Source: Laetmonice hystrix
Lineage: Eukaryota
NCBI GenBank assembly: GCA_965235115.1
Contig: OZ249436.1
Span: 40,240,001 to 40,304,000 of the forward strand
Length of the DNA stretch: 64,000 nt
Direction: 5' to 3'
Position 1 is the stretch's first letter. Each line of letters begins with the position of its first letter. Below, in pieces: positions 52,229 to 64,000 of the stretch. Below the pieces are notes generated by a model. That model saw nothing but the letters and a program-made list of their open reading frames with translations, was not told the DNA's origin and ran no database searches. The translations under genes and the position numbers were made by a program.

Positions 52229-54449
52229 ACAAATCGTTTAAAAACACATAGGTTCGATCCTCCACGGTAGCATCCCCGCGAAATGTCGTGGACAGATTCT
52301 ATTCCTTAAACCTTAAACCTTAAAGAAGACCATAAGAAATTATCCTGTTCTCTTATCCTTTACTTTTCAATCTCGTGGGATTTCTTTTACTGAAATAACT
52401 GATGTTGCTGATGATCAATTGTCACGTTTTGGTGACAATCTAGGCCAGTACTTATGATGTCTATGAGCTGATTCTCATCAAGTACCAAAGGCATTTCTAG
52501 TATTCTAATAGAAATCTTACATCAGTTTTACTATGATGATACCACAATTTGGACATCCACAAGAATGCTCGTAGAATAATCTTCTACAGAAATAGATAAT
52601 CTTGTGTGTGTGTTATCAATGGCGGAAGCCCCTGGCCCCAGAAGATACAATGTATATGGGAATTGAGACAGGACAATCTACAGACAGTGCTGAATATGAA
52701 CAATTTTGTATGGGAAGCCATGTGAGAGACTGGACGAAGTCGGGAAAACGCTTCCCCGCAGTCCCCTAAAAGTATAATTGTTCATATGTAAATGGCATTT
52801 GCTCTTGCAATGGATTTTAAGGATTTATTTTTTTTAAAGAACGGTTTCTTCCAAGGAGGAAAGTTGACATATCAGTATACCTCAGTCTGCGATATCGTAT
52901 CGGTTAGTTATCTATCAACTATGCAAATGTTGACTCGCCCTTCAAAAGTCAAGTTGTGGTTATAGCGTATTGCGGAATATATTATTTAGAGGCTACAACT
53001 AGGGCGACCCTAAAGAATGCCGAACAAAATTCTACATGCTGTTAATTCTTTTTGTAGAAGATCCCGTATAGTGTGATGTTCTCCAAAAAAGTACTGGGCA
53101 TTCTGATCATTTGTGCATCTACTGAATATATTTTTATATACTCTATTGCTAGGATGATCTTCGGCAATGCTGCGAGTGACGACTGTAAATTCTCAAACCA
53201 AGTTTCTCACTAAGATTTAAACTTTTGCTAATCAGGCCCCGGTTTCCAGAAAGTGGTTAAGTTAGCTAAGTTGGTTAAAATCGTGGTTAACTCTGACTTT
53301 AACCAAGATTGGTTAATTCTCTGTTTCCTGATTGGTTAATATCTTGGTTCTAATGGTAAGCACACCGATCGACCACCAGTTCGTCGTCCTGGTTCGTCCT
53401 ACCGAAATGTTGAGTACACATTGTACTAATAATATTGTCTATCTTACCAGCCACCCATGCTGTACACAATGTACTTTGATTTATTTGAATATTTTTCATC
53501 CTCTCTCAAAGGAAACAAAATAAGAACGAAGAAGCTCCAGAGTTCCAGGTTGGATTTTTCATCGTGTGGGGACACTTTTTAATAAGACCAAAGCTATCTC
53601 AAGTGTGTTAGGAATGTATGTGAACCATTGCGGTGCAGTAAGAAAGTAGGATGCACTGGAATGAAAGGTTGTTACTGGTCAGTCACCCACCAAATACTCT
53701 ATAAATAATGTATTTGGAGGGTGTCATGGAAGGACAGTTGAGAACGTTCCTGCGTATACGTCATCCGTGTTGCATGGAGGTGTTCTTACGTATGTGCGAG
53801 TTCATTGGTACGTCTAACTCGTTTTTAACTCGTTTTTATACATTGGACTGAAAGCTCTAGGTGCATATCAAACAAAATGTTCAAAACAAACCAGAATTAT
53901 TGGCGTAGTCCTCCAGTCCCGGTCTGTAACACAGCAGTCACGTTTTAACGTACTTTAAAATGATTCTGTGATTTCTTTGCTTTGTTGTTGTTTTTTCGCC
54001 TTTTTTGATGGGGGGGGGGGTCGCAAATACGTTGTTGACGGTCATGGTAGAAACCGGCCGAAGATGATAAAAAATAATAATGTGAAATGCGATTCATTAT
54101 GCCTCCAAAAGGAAATCTATAGTAAATCTAATGATGTAAATTGGTACGCAGGATGTTCGCGAAAAATAAAGTATATTTGACAATATTTTCCTTTTATTCC
54201 GCTTTAAAGATTCTGTATGGTTATAAAGGTTTTCTTTGGAAGATTGAAGTCAGTTGGACTGGCACTAACCCCCTCCAGAAGAACAATTGAAACATGAGTT
54301 AAAGACCGTAATTTATTACATGTGTATTACATAGCATACTTATGAAGAGGATTGTGTCAATCCAGCATGGTATAGGAATATCGTACCCCTAGTTTCACTA
54401 TGGGCCACTCTTGCTCAAAATAATGAACAGACAACTTATGTCAGAGACA

Positions 54450-55050
54450 ATTCTTGTGTTTAGTTGTAAATTGTATACGTTTGATTTACACCCAGAAAGA
54501 TTAGATGTTCATTATAGACATTTACCAACCATGTCGTGGTGCATTAAGGATTTAACCACCGTTCTCAGATGTTCAGTTTGTATTCATTGTCTGCTACCAG
54601 CATCTTAGGTTTACAAACAATGTAATCTCTTGGGTGACATATGTTCTCCATTGATGGTTTTCCCCAGCTTTCGTTTGGGAGGTTGTTTTATTAATGAAGG
54701 CAGTACAGTCATAGGGGCAGAGTCGCTCATCACAGGGAACCCGTAATACAGGTGTTTTCTCACCTATTGTTTCCCACCTCTGTGAAGCAGCTCACTAGTG
54801 CCAGGATGTCGGCCTCAGTAATCACTGCTCATTAGACTGTCTGCCAGTGCCGACTTACTTGTCTTTAACAACAATATACAATCCCCAAAGTGGCCTGCCC
54901 TGTGACGGTGTAGCCAATAGATGACCAGCATTTTTATGTTATATATCATTGGTCAGTTTGACATTGGTCCTCCCTATATATACTCATCCTACAATTTGGT
55001 AAGACACACATCTTTGCCTGCTGGAAGCAACTTCACACATCCTAAGGAAC
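54450..55050 (-). mobile_element. Possible highly decayed non-LTR retrotransposon fragments
   Basis: Short minus-strand peptides GRPLWGLYIVVKD (APE-endonuclease-like) and VPCDERLCPYDC (C-terminal zinc-knuckle-like) among many stops. Weak support. Confidence 0.3.
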
Positions 55051-55699
55051 TCTACCTGCTCGACAACGCCATTACGCTTGTCCGACGCCAAAGGCATCAC
55101 TCAGCTTCACCACATCCCAAAAACTCTGCCTGGTGAGTTAGTGCGTGAACATTCAGTATTCAGTAACAGTGGGCAGTGTATCTCAAAGACTTCATTCATT
55201 CTGCTCTACCATTGAGAAACGTACGTGTGGTCAAGTCCTGCAAACCAGACGTGAACCACACATCATCAAGCATACATCAGTTATAGCCAATACTGTATAT
55301 TTTGGTTGTTTTCGTGTGCCTTATCCTCCGGGTTGTACTGGCACTGTGTACAGATGCAAAGTAAAGAATCTACGACGTTTCCACTAAAGAAAGAAATACA
55401 AGTTGTCCTAGGACGAGAATAGTCTGTGGGCTGTGAGACAAGTGACGCCAGCCGCATCAGTGACCGAGTACATAAAACGGGCGCAAGCCTACGTCCAACG
55501 TATCTCGGTCGCAAGATGAAGGCGTAAAATTACCCCGAGTGCATAAAACAGGCGCTGATAAAGTTGGGTCGTAAAAAATCACGCCTGTGAGGTAGGAGGC
55601 GTAGCAGCAGCGTAGAGTATCTTCCACTTGCAGAACAGAATTCAATATGGCCGGAATTGCACACTGGTTCGATGAGTTACAATATAGAAGAGCTCTAAG

Positions 55700-56039
55700 A
55701 AGGGAAAGACTCTTCCGTGACAGGACCAATTATGTCCAATACTAAGTCAGTGTATGGACCCTCTGTCGGTTTCGGCCCATCCCCTGGGGCGTTTACGGTT
55801 GGAATGGTCTTTTTTTGCCCGTGCCAACAGATCTTTCCATTTGTGCCTGATCTCATCCACTGTCCTTTGCTGTTGTCCGATGGCATTTATACGGCCATGC
55901 TTATTTCCACCCATTTCCCCTTCTTCCTTGTGGCAGTTACTGTACTCTTCAATTTCGCATTCAAAAGTTCCCTGTTTTCTTTGTACAGAGAGAGGAGTTT
56001 CAGGGTTTTACCTTGTTCGAAATTCTTCGTTCGTGACAT
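55700..56039 (-). pseudogene. Frameshifted Myb/SANT-like (MSANTD/NAIF1-type) DNA-binding ORF of a PIF/Harbinger transposon
   Basis: Piecing frames together gives MSRTKNF...LLSLYKENRELLNAKLKSTVTATRKK/WVEISMAV/NAIGQQQRTVDEIRHKWKDLLARAKK/GPKPTEGPYTDLVLDIIG, the Myb_DNA-bind_5-like pattern. Confidence 0.7.
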
Positions 56040-56138
56040 TTTGGTGTGACCAGAGATACTGATCTTCTAATTTCTGATGTGACGTCATGTGGAAAGTACC
56101 GGACAACTCCTTGTAGAACAATAACTGGGTCAGTCTTA

Positions 56139-56532
56139 GGCGGGATTCACAAAACGGGTCGCGGTGCGGGGCGCACGAAGCGAAATTCTCGTCAGTTTTG
56201 TCTTTAAGTCATATCCTATTGACCGTTCACAGACGGTAGCGGGACGAAGCGGTGCGAAGCGATGCCGCGCGGCCCTGGCACAGCAAAAAATTCGGTTTGG
56301 CTGGCCGAGCGAAAAATGAAAGCGCGCTCTCTTCGCCGTCGGCGTCAGCCAATCAGGTCAGGGCCAGCGGTGTGACTCGATCTACATTTTCATAAACAGT
56401 GCAGGTATTATTGGAACTAAACAGAATTTTTTCGCGTGTGACGCATTGGCTGTGAATAAGCTCACGAAGCGAAGTTGTGCGCGGACCGTCGCTTCGCTGC
56501 GCCCCGCTCTGCCCGGTTTTGTGAATCCCGCC
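56139..56532. mobile_element. PIF/Harbinger-like MITE
   Basis: TTA|GGCGGGATTCACAAAAC at the left end and GTTTTGTGAATCCCGCC|TAA at the right end. Confidence 0.7.
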
Positions 56533-58190
56533 TAAGTGTCGGCGCATCTAAGTCCCACCCACGCCCGCTTTATGTCCTCGGCGTTAAAATTAGTACTACG
56601 ACGAACGTACTTACGCCGGCGTTGGTCATTTGCGCCTCAGCTTTACGCCTCTGCTTTCTGCACTCGGCCACAGGAGCGCATCAAAAGTACAGAGAGTGTA
56701 TTGCATCAGTCGGACGGACGTACGTCACGACCCGAGATCAGCACGTCGATAAGGGTCGGATCTCAGGTCAGCGGGGGCGGTTTGAGGGTTTGTAATATAT
56801 GACAGGTGTTAAAACAGGGGGGCTGCATGGGCGGCAGCCTTAAATAGTCCCCCCCTCCCCTGCCCATACAGTCCGCAACGTACAATGTAAACAGTCCTTA
56901 CACTGCCGCTACGTCTAATGTTAAATTATCATTAGGCCACAGTCTAGGCTATACTCCCATAGTGCTGTAATAAAGTGGCTTGCATTTAGTGAGGGATATA
57001 CTCTGCTCAGAATGTCCCCCTGTACGGCTGTAGTCTATGTTGAGATAGATTGTACTAAGAACAGCACATGTTATTTTTAAATAAGAACACTATATTTAAT
57101 TTTTTATTTAAGAAAATTGAATGGGTGTCGCACAACGTAAGTTGAAAAAGGGTGGGAAAAACTGGAGAGTATATAATTATTTCAAACTGAGTATACATGT
57201 ATATATGTCAAAGTGTCAACATCGTCCCTAATTTCACAGTGAAACAGCAAGTTTTAATTTATAGACATGGTCAGGAAACAAAGCACGTCAAAGTCGCCCA
57301 AACTGAAAGTTTTTAATCCATTGACAATATTCAGCATTGTTTCAAGCAATGTTCTCTAAAACTGACCTTTTTAAATATTATTGTACCACTTTTTAAAAGC
57401 ATAACCACTTATCATCAAAATATTGTAATCCCGTATTAAACCATCACGGAATAGTAATTTCGTTAGCTAGTAGACAGGCCCGTTGTTTGGTGTGTAAAAC
57501 CAGCCATCATCACATGTTATCGCGTCCAAGTAGATGGCCTCCCGTGAACTAATATGGGTAGACTGGTTATATACACCGTACGTACTTCCTTGGAAACGGT
57601 GATAAAGTACGAGTGGGGAAATAGTTTCCATGCCTTGTCCTCATTTGATATACCTTTCATATCTTGCAGGCCTTTAAACTTTGAGACGTCCGCCTTGCTT
57701 GGCCCAATATCTATATCGCTGGCCCTGCCATTGTTTTTAATGATACATATAGTCCATCCGCAACTGCTGAATCGCTTATAACCAAAGCAATTTCCACTTT
57801 CGCTTTCTTCTTTTGGTTTTACAATCTGGAACATTATGAGTAGCCTACTCATATTTATATAAATATCAAGGGTGTAGGCGATATAATGAATCCATTTATA
57901 TTGTATAATCGATAGATCTTCCTATACGCAATGTCGACAAAACCACTGGCATGTCTGTGCATGGAAGTCCAAAGTGATGAGTGCATGTCAGAGTGTGGCG
58001 AGGCGGGGTGGGAGGGGACGGGGGGTCCTTCACTTCAACATCACTAGGCGCAGACGCCACCTGGTGGGCATTCGATGTAACAGTTGTCGGGTCCATGGCA
58101 CGTCATAGCTTTCCCCCTCCGTGTGATAGCGGTGATCATGGATGACATTGACAAGCTCTTTATCATGGTAGACTTGGTTGCATGAGATTG

Positions 58191-61100
58191 TCACTTTTTC
58201 AGGATGTCGATGAATTCTGGTAATAAAAAGGTCCAAGATTAAAGTGAAAAATATATAGGAATATCGTAAGAGAGCTACGGAATGCAAGTAGATCTAGGCC
58301 TAGATCTACACTCGGAGTGGGGATGAGAGAAATGTGCTTAGCCCAATGTGCTTAGCCACCCCCCCCCCCCCAACTCCCGGTCATTTCAACCCCCCATCCG
58401 CCTATAGGCCAACTTGGAGTTAGAGTTTATCAAAAAGGCTCCGCCAGAAAGGGCTTTGGGGGATGAAAACTGGCATGATTATGTCTGCATATGCATTGTG
58501 AAGTTTGACTGGACTGGTATAGGCGGACTGTGACGGCCTCTTCCAGGACCTGTGATGAGCTACACGTGGTTGACTTACCGTCATAATTGAGCCGGCCGTC
58601 CTTGTCTCGGTCAGCTTCGTCCATCATGATATCTAACATGGCGTCCGACACGTGCTCGCCGAGAAGTGTGAGTCCGACACGGAGGTCATCCTGCAGGTCA
58701 AATCACACACTCAGACATACCCAGACATGAACATGCATAGATCTATGCATGGGTTTAGGCCTATATCAGCAGGATACATGCAAGGTATAGGCCCATAGAC
58801 TCGTGACCCATCAGGCTAGTCTACTATATGCCGGCCCTAGGTGTTTATCGCCGTTGGGGAAAGATTATAAAGTCCACATTCTGGCTGTAGTATAAAGATG
58901 TTATTCGCCTTAATTTGGAGAAAGATTATAGCCTAGATCTATAGGCCTATATAGGAATAGGCCACGCTGTCTACAGCGCCTCACTCAGCATGGTTTAAAG
59001 GCTGGCCGCAGCGTGGAATAGGCTGACATAATCGAATGGCAGACATTTTCTGTTATTGAATGTTTGTGTCTGATTCCTGACTTTCAGAATCCTCCCTTAA
59101 AGGCCGCCGCACACGACGAACATATTCGCGAACATTTGTTCACGAACAAAAATCCGCTCAGACAATTATTGTTTGCGAACAATTGTTCGTCAGTATTCGA
59201 CATGCAGATGTTTAACAGAAATTCGTGGTTCACCGCAGACGACGAACATTTGTTTGGAAATATTAAACATTTGGAATACCGACGAACAATTGTTTGTTCC
59301 CGTTTGTTCGGCGTTTTGATCACCGCACACGAGCGGATTTTTGTTCGGGAACAAATGTTCGCGCACAAATGTTCGTCGTGTGCGGCGGCCTTTAAAGGCC
59401 GCCGCACACGACGAACATATTCGCAAACATTTGTTCACGAACAAAAATCCGCTCAGACAATTATTGTTCGCGAACAATTGTTCGTCGGTATTCGACATGC
59501 AGATGTTTACCAGAAATTCGTGGTTTACCGCAGACGACGAACATTTGTTCGGAAATATTAAACATGTTGAATACCGACGAACAATTGTTCGTTCGGCGTT
59601 TTAAGGCCGCCGCACACGACGAACATTTGTGCACGAACATTTGTTCCCGAACAAAAATCCGCTCTTGTGCGGTGATCAAAACGCTGAACGGACAATTGTT
59701 CGTCGGTATTCAACATGTTTAATATTTCCGAACAAATGTTCGTCGTCTGCGGTAAACCACGGAATTTCTGTTAAACATCTGCATGTCGAATACCGACGAA
59801 CAATTGTTCGCAAACAATAATTGTCTGAGCGGATTTTGGTTCGTAAACAAATGTTTGCGAATATGTTCGTCGTGTGCGGCGGCTGTAATAGGCCGACAGT
59901 CTACATCCCTGAGTCTCCAAACACAGACGACCTCTTCCATCACCTGAACATCGGCGTTGACAGGGAAAGCCCGTCATCTATGGCCCCGGGTAAACTCTAC
60001 ACGAAGGTCGAGCCTGGTGAAGTATACAACTTTGGGTTCTGTGCGGTTATTGTAGAAGTATTTCTAGGTCTTGAACTTGATATTATTATCGACAGAGCCA
60101 AAAGTTGTTTTCCACAACCTTGGTTGAAGGGTGACGTTTGAGGGCCTATTATAATTGGAGCTCCTTTGCTTGTTCTCGTGCTAGAATAGGTTCAAATTTG
60201 TCAGTCCCCCATGTTTTTCTACCCCAGGAACCCAAACTTTTTAGTAAGAGGATTCGAACCATAGCCTATACACACTTCATCGGTTCATCGCCCGATGAAT
60301 TTTACTGGCTGTTCAAGTCAATGTCAGATCAACGATTTTGTCAACAAGCAGCCATGAGGAGCACTTTATAGCGACAACAGGCAACTGGAATGTTGAATTT
60401 CATCAGATTTCTCTATTTCTGTGGGTAGATCTATACATTTATTAATTTATGTAGTCTAAGGCCTTATCTAACCTGACGGCCGATCTCTGAATTTTGGAGC
60501 AATTGAAATGAGAAGTATTCTCTGACTGTTTTAACCCTAATCCATATGCATTTTCTTAATTCTTTTGTCTGATACCATGAAGTGGGCGACCTAGAATCTG
60601 CATAGCTGCATGGCGAATCCTGGTCCGGCGGACTTAGGTTACATTCCGTGCTGACTTGCATTCCTTTCACACCTGTCCATGACTGCCCCACTATAAATTT
60701 GAATAAGATAAACCAAGTCACTCCAGCCGAGTCCTTACCTTGTCCATGAATCCGTCACCGTCCCGGTCCAGTATCTGGAAGGCATACCTCAACACGTTGC
60801 TGTCTTCGTCCGACATCTGGTGCATCCACGATATAAACGTATCTTCACTGATGACACCATCTGTTTTATGGTCAAACATTTCAGTCGAGGTCAGTACATG
60901 GTGTCTCATAAAAAAGGAAATCCGTGTAAAATGGGTTAATAATATGATGAGACTATACACTTAATGACACTTTTTTCATTGCTGCATAGTTAAGGAGAAG
61001 CTAGGAGCTTTCCATTGGTACCACTCTGACATTCCAAGGGAAAAATAGCCGTAATGTGTTATGTCATCATTGGGTGGGGTAGTTATTTGCTTTATTTAAA

Positions 61101-63726
61101 CCATGTGCAAGTGCCCACAAGAAACAGTGAGTAGCAAGTTTTGGGCAGATAGTTTTCGTCGTAAAGAAATTTCAGGATACAAAGAGTTTGTAAGACGCTG
61201 GATGCCTTCTGCGATAACTTAGGCCAATTATGCATCGAATGAGGAGGGGGTCATGTGGAGGTTGTCGGGAAATGTTGAAAATATCTGCAATAAAATGTAT
61301 CACCAAAAAGGCACACTGTTGTTGATATCCTAACATGTTTTGCTGGTATTTCCCAACTTGGAACATGGTGATTTCTGCAGGTCTTTTTCAGGATCATGGT
61401 GCTCAGTACAACCGCATGAATGTCGTACCAATGGAAAGCTCATATATCTTCTCCTTGACTATGCAGCAATGCAAAATGACATGAGGTGCATAGTCTCATC
61501 ACATTAACCCATTTAACTTTTTTATGAGACACCCTATAGGCGAGACAGACTCAATAGATATTGCAGAGTGCCGGAAATAGACAGGATATATGGTTCTTTG
61601 ATGAGAGCATGTTTAATTATTATTCACAACAGCTCTTAATCACTTTCATGATTACGGGACCGCGATCTAATTATATGCCTACTCAGTAATTGCTTGCATC
61701 CATGAAGGTATGCCTATAATAGATTTTGGCCTTGATATGCCTACTTTGATGTATGCTCTTCGACGTTTACAAAGACGGTCGTGTAGACCCCTATATTTAT
61801 GTAGGCCCACTGCAGATTAAAGGTTTGACTTAAAATAGGTATTATACATGATCCTATTCATCCAGATCATAAAATAAATCACTGTAGACTATAAACAACT
61901 CTACCTGCACCTCCGCCGTTTTTTATTATCCTTTCGATGAGTTCATCGGCGGCGTTATGACCCATCATACGTAAAGACGCTTTTAAATCCTCCCTGCATA
62001 GTTTACCATCATGGTCCTGATCAAACATGGCAAAGGCAGTCCGCAGTTCTGAAAATGTGAAATCGAAAGAAAACCTTGACTTTGTTCAACTCAGAGCCAA
62101 CTTATAGGCTATTACCCTTTCACGATATAGACCCAGTGAAAGCGCCTGAATGCGCATTCTATGTATTCGTAAAATTCAGACTATAGAGGGGCAAACTGTC
62201 AATAGACCGAACTCACCTTATCACCCACCCCACACCCACACCCACCCCACATCCACACCGGACAAAACTCACTCTTGCCACGACGCGCTCCTGATAGGCC
62301 CCCGGGATTTAGCCATCTTAAAGCAATCAGCGAGTAGGGGCCTATCTCTCATTTCAATGACTCCAAAATGCAGACACGTACTGTAATTAAGGCCTTAGAC
62401 TACATAAATCAATAAATGTATACCCATAGAAATGGAGAAATCTGATGAAATTCAACATTCCAGTTGCCTGTTGTCGCCATGCAACGAACATCTCATGGCT
62501 GGTTGTTGACTTGGCATTGACTTAAACAGCCAATGAAATTCATTGTATAATTATCGCCTATTACATAACATATTTAGATTTCCTTATCATATAAATAACA
62601 GAACGATTATAAATCCAGCAGGTCAACAAGTGTTTGAAGACAGCTACGTGTGGTCTACATCCAGACTGGTCTATAAAGGTCTCTGCTCTTGTTCGGTCAT
62701 GAGCAATGATGAGGTAGCGGGACTGTGCCAATAACCCCGTTTGAGAAGGTGCTACTCACTGGGTTGTAGCATACAAGAGAGGTCTTTTGAAATGTCACGC
62801 TGATAGATGTGGAACCCCGGGACGCCTTTTATCTGCATCAGGTAACATGTAGGTTCCGGTCGCATGAAGGAGATTAATGTGAATATGTATGTTCATGTGG
62901 ACTTGTCTGCTGGATGTTATTGTATGTTATACATGTACCTCGATGATGAGTATTCAGAGAGATACAGAAAAAGATCAAATCCCACCACTTGGTGTCTTGA
63001 GAAATTTCCAGAATTAAAAAAAAACTCAAAGCAGCGCAGTTTTATGATTTCAGCACCTATTATTCGTGCCTCGATGGTGTTTCTGCAGTTTTTAGACGAA
63101 TGATCTATAGCGGTTACCACCAGTTACTATAGAGTAGGCCTACCATAGAAACAGTCCATGTCAGGTACATAAACAGGACAGGCCAACTGGCCGCCTTATG
63201 TATAGTCAGGTATGTTGGGCTAAGAATATCAGAGGTATTCACCAGAACGGTGCCGCGACCGGTGCATGCTGTCTGTAGATGGAGCAGACCATACACTTAC
63301 TGTACAAAAGTATTACAACATGCCCTCTTTAGAAGTTCTCGGTAGTAATACTAGAGGCGCACATTCAACCGTATCCTGTCACTTTCACATACATGTAGAT
63401 GTCGAAGTTTGTTGTATAAAAGTAGCATGGAAACCTTAGTCAGAGTGCAGAAGGACGTTCGCTTTGGTGTCACCATGCCAAAAATGCAAAACGGGGAGAA
63501 ATGGTCAATCGCCATAGTTCGGTCACGTGGCTATAGCTCTACCCTACACAATACTAAATGACTTGAGTCTCATCATGAAACATTAAAACTACGTTTAATA
63601 TTGAATGTTTCAGTGTGTGTACGCGTAATCCCTCCCATCATAATAACTGTTTTTGTCTCCGAGTTTATAAGAAGATTTCTGTTCATATAGCATACCTCTA
63701 AGGTCATCCTCAGCACGGCTATCCTG
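58191..63726 (-). CDS. Calmodulin-like EF-hand protein, most similar in pattern to calcium-binding protein E63-1; 5' end incomplete
   Basis: Exons 63726-63696 (31 nt), 62048-61905 (144 nt), 60860-60739, 58690-58579 and 58216-58191 give QDSRAEDDLRELRTAFAMFDQDHDGKLCREDLKASLRMMGHNAADELIERIIKNGGGADGVISEDTFISWMHQMSDEDSNVLRYAFQILDRDGDGFMDKDDLRVGLTLLGEHVSDAMLDIMMDEADRDKDGRLNYDEFIDILKK*. The 31- and 144-nt exon sizes are as in calmodulin-family genes. Confidence 0.88.
59098..59888. mobile_element. Cluster of three adjacent Harbinger-like MITE copies (direct, truncated direct, inverted)
   Basis: Terminus GGCCGCCGCACACGACGAACA at about 59102, 59397 and 59605; inverted terminus at about 59370-59390 and 59865-59884; junctions at T(T)AA; many ACGAACA/TGTTCG internal repeats. 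Confidence 0.8.
60897..61536. mobile_element. Tc1/mariner-type MITE with long TIRs
   Basis: TA|CATGGTGTCTCATAAAAAAG at the left end and CTTTTTTATGAGACACCCTA|TA at the right end. The inverted match extends about 120 bp (GAGCTTTCCATTGGTAC / GTACCAATGGAAAGCTC). Confidence 0.75.
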
Positions 63727-64000
63727 CTGCAAGAAAAACATGGTACAAGGTTATAACGTGGTGGAATATTAAAAAGCTAATGTTTATGTAGCAGTACATT
63801 TTATTGCCATCAGTGATCACCGATGTCACATTATAACTACTGAGGCCACTGTCACGGTAATTAACAGAAGTAAGTCGTATCTCATACTTAACAACTTCGA
63901 GACATGCAACCTAGCGGGTGTCCGACGAGAGGTGGCCAGGAGGCTGCACTAATTCTACACATTCGGACATTAACATACCGCAGGCCCTGAGAAATATAGG

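Noticed and set aside
55695..55886. Retroviral integrase fragment (GPYTDLVLDIIGP)
   Set aside because: Better explained as the C-terminal part of the frameshifted Harbinger Myb/SANT-like ORF immediately upstream.
57517..57852. 111-aa minus-strand ORF
   Set aside because: No recognisable domain; it lies in the probable 3' UTR of the EF-hand gene.
59064..59977. Multiple overlapping ORFs of 60-165 aa
   Set aside because: Artefacts of the repetitive palindromic MITE array.

Overview
Intron-rich animal genomic DNA, most likely from a marine invertebrate (species not determinable from sequence alone). Bases 1-13 kb are transposon debris: a Tc1/mariner deletion derivative, a decayed Ty3/Gypsy element with a tRNA-Ala-type PBS, a LINE 3' remnant, a pogo-like element and two nested TIR elements with 4-bp TSDs. 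A compact gene cluster follows: OGDH (+, 13665-35910), a C10orf53/UPF0728 homologue (-), NFU1 (+), LRPAP1/RAP (-, ends in HTEL), FADD (+) and a calmodulin/E63-1-like EF-hand gene (-, start beyond the window). The most notable signal is a pair of tandem, apparently mutually exclusive OGDH exons (one with an AADLD Ca2+-site-like motif, one without). The intron between them appears to fold into a large nested stem structure that would bring the first exon's donor next to the second exon's putative branch point. Also notable: tail-to-tail OGDH-C10orf53 linkage resembling human OGDHL-C10orf53, and a 152-bp LRPAP1/FADD bidirectional promoter carrying ETS, CRE and two NF-kB sites. All exon models and RNA pairings were derived by eye, without alignment or folding software.
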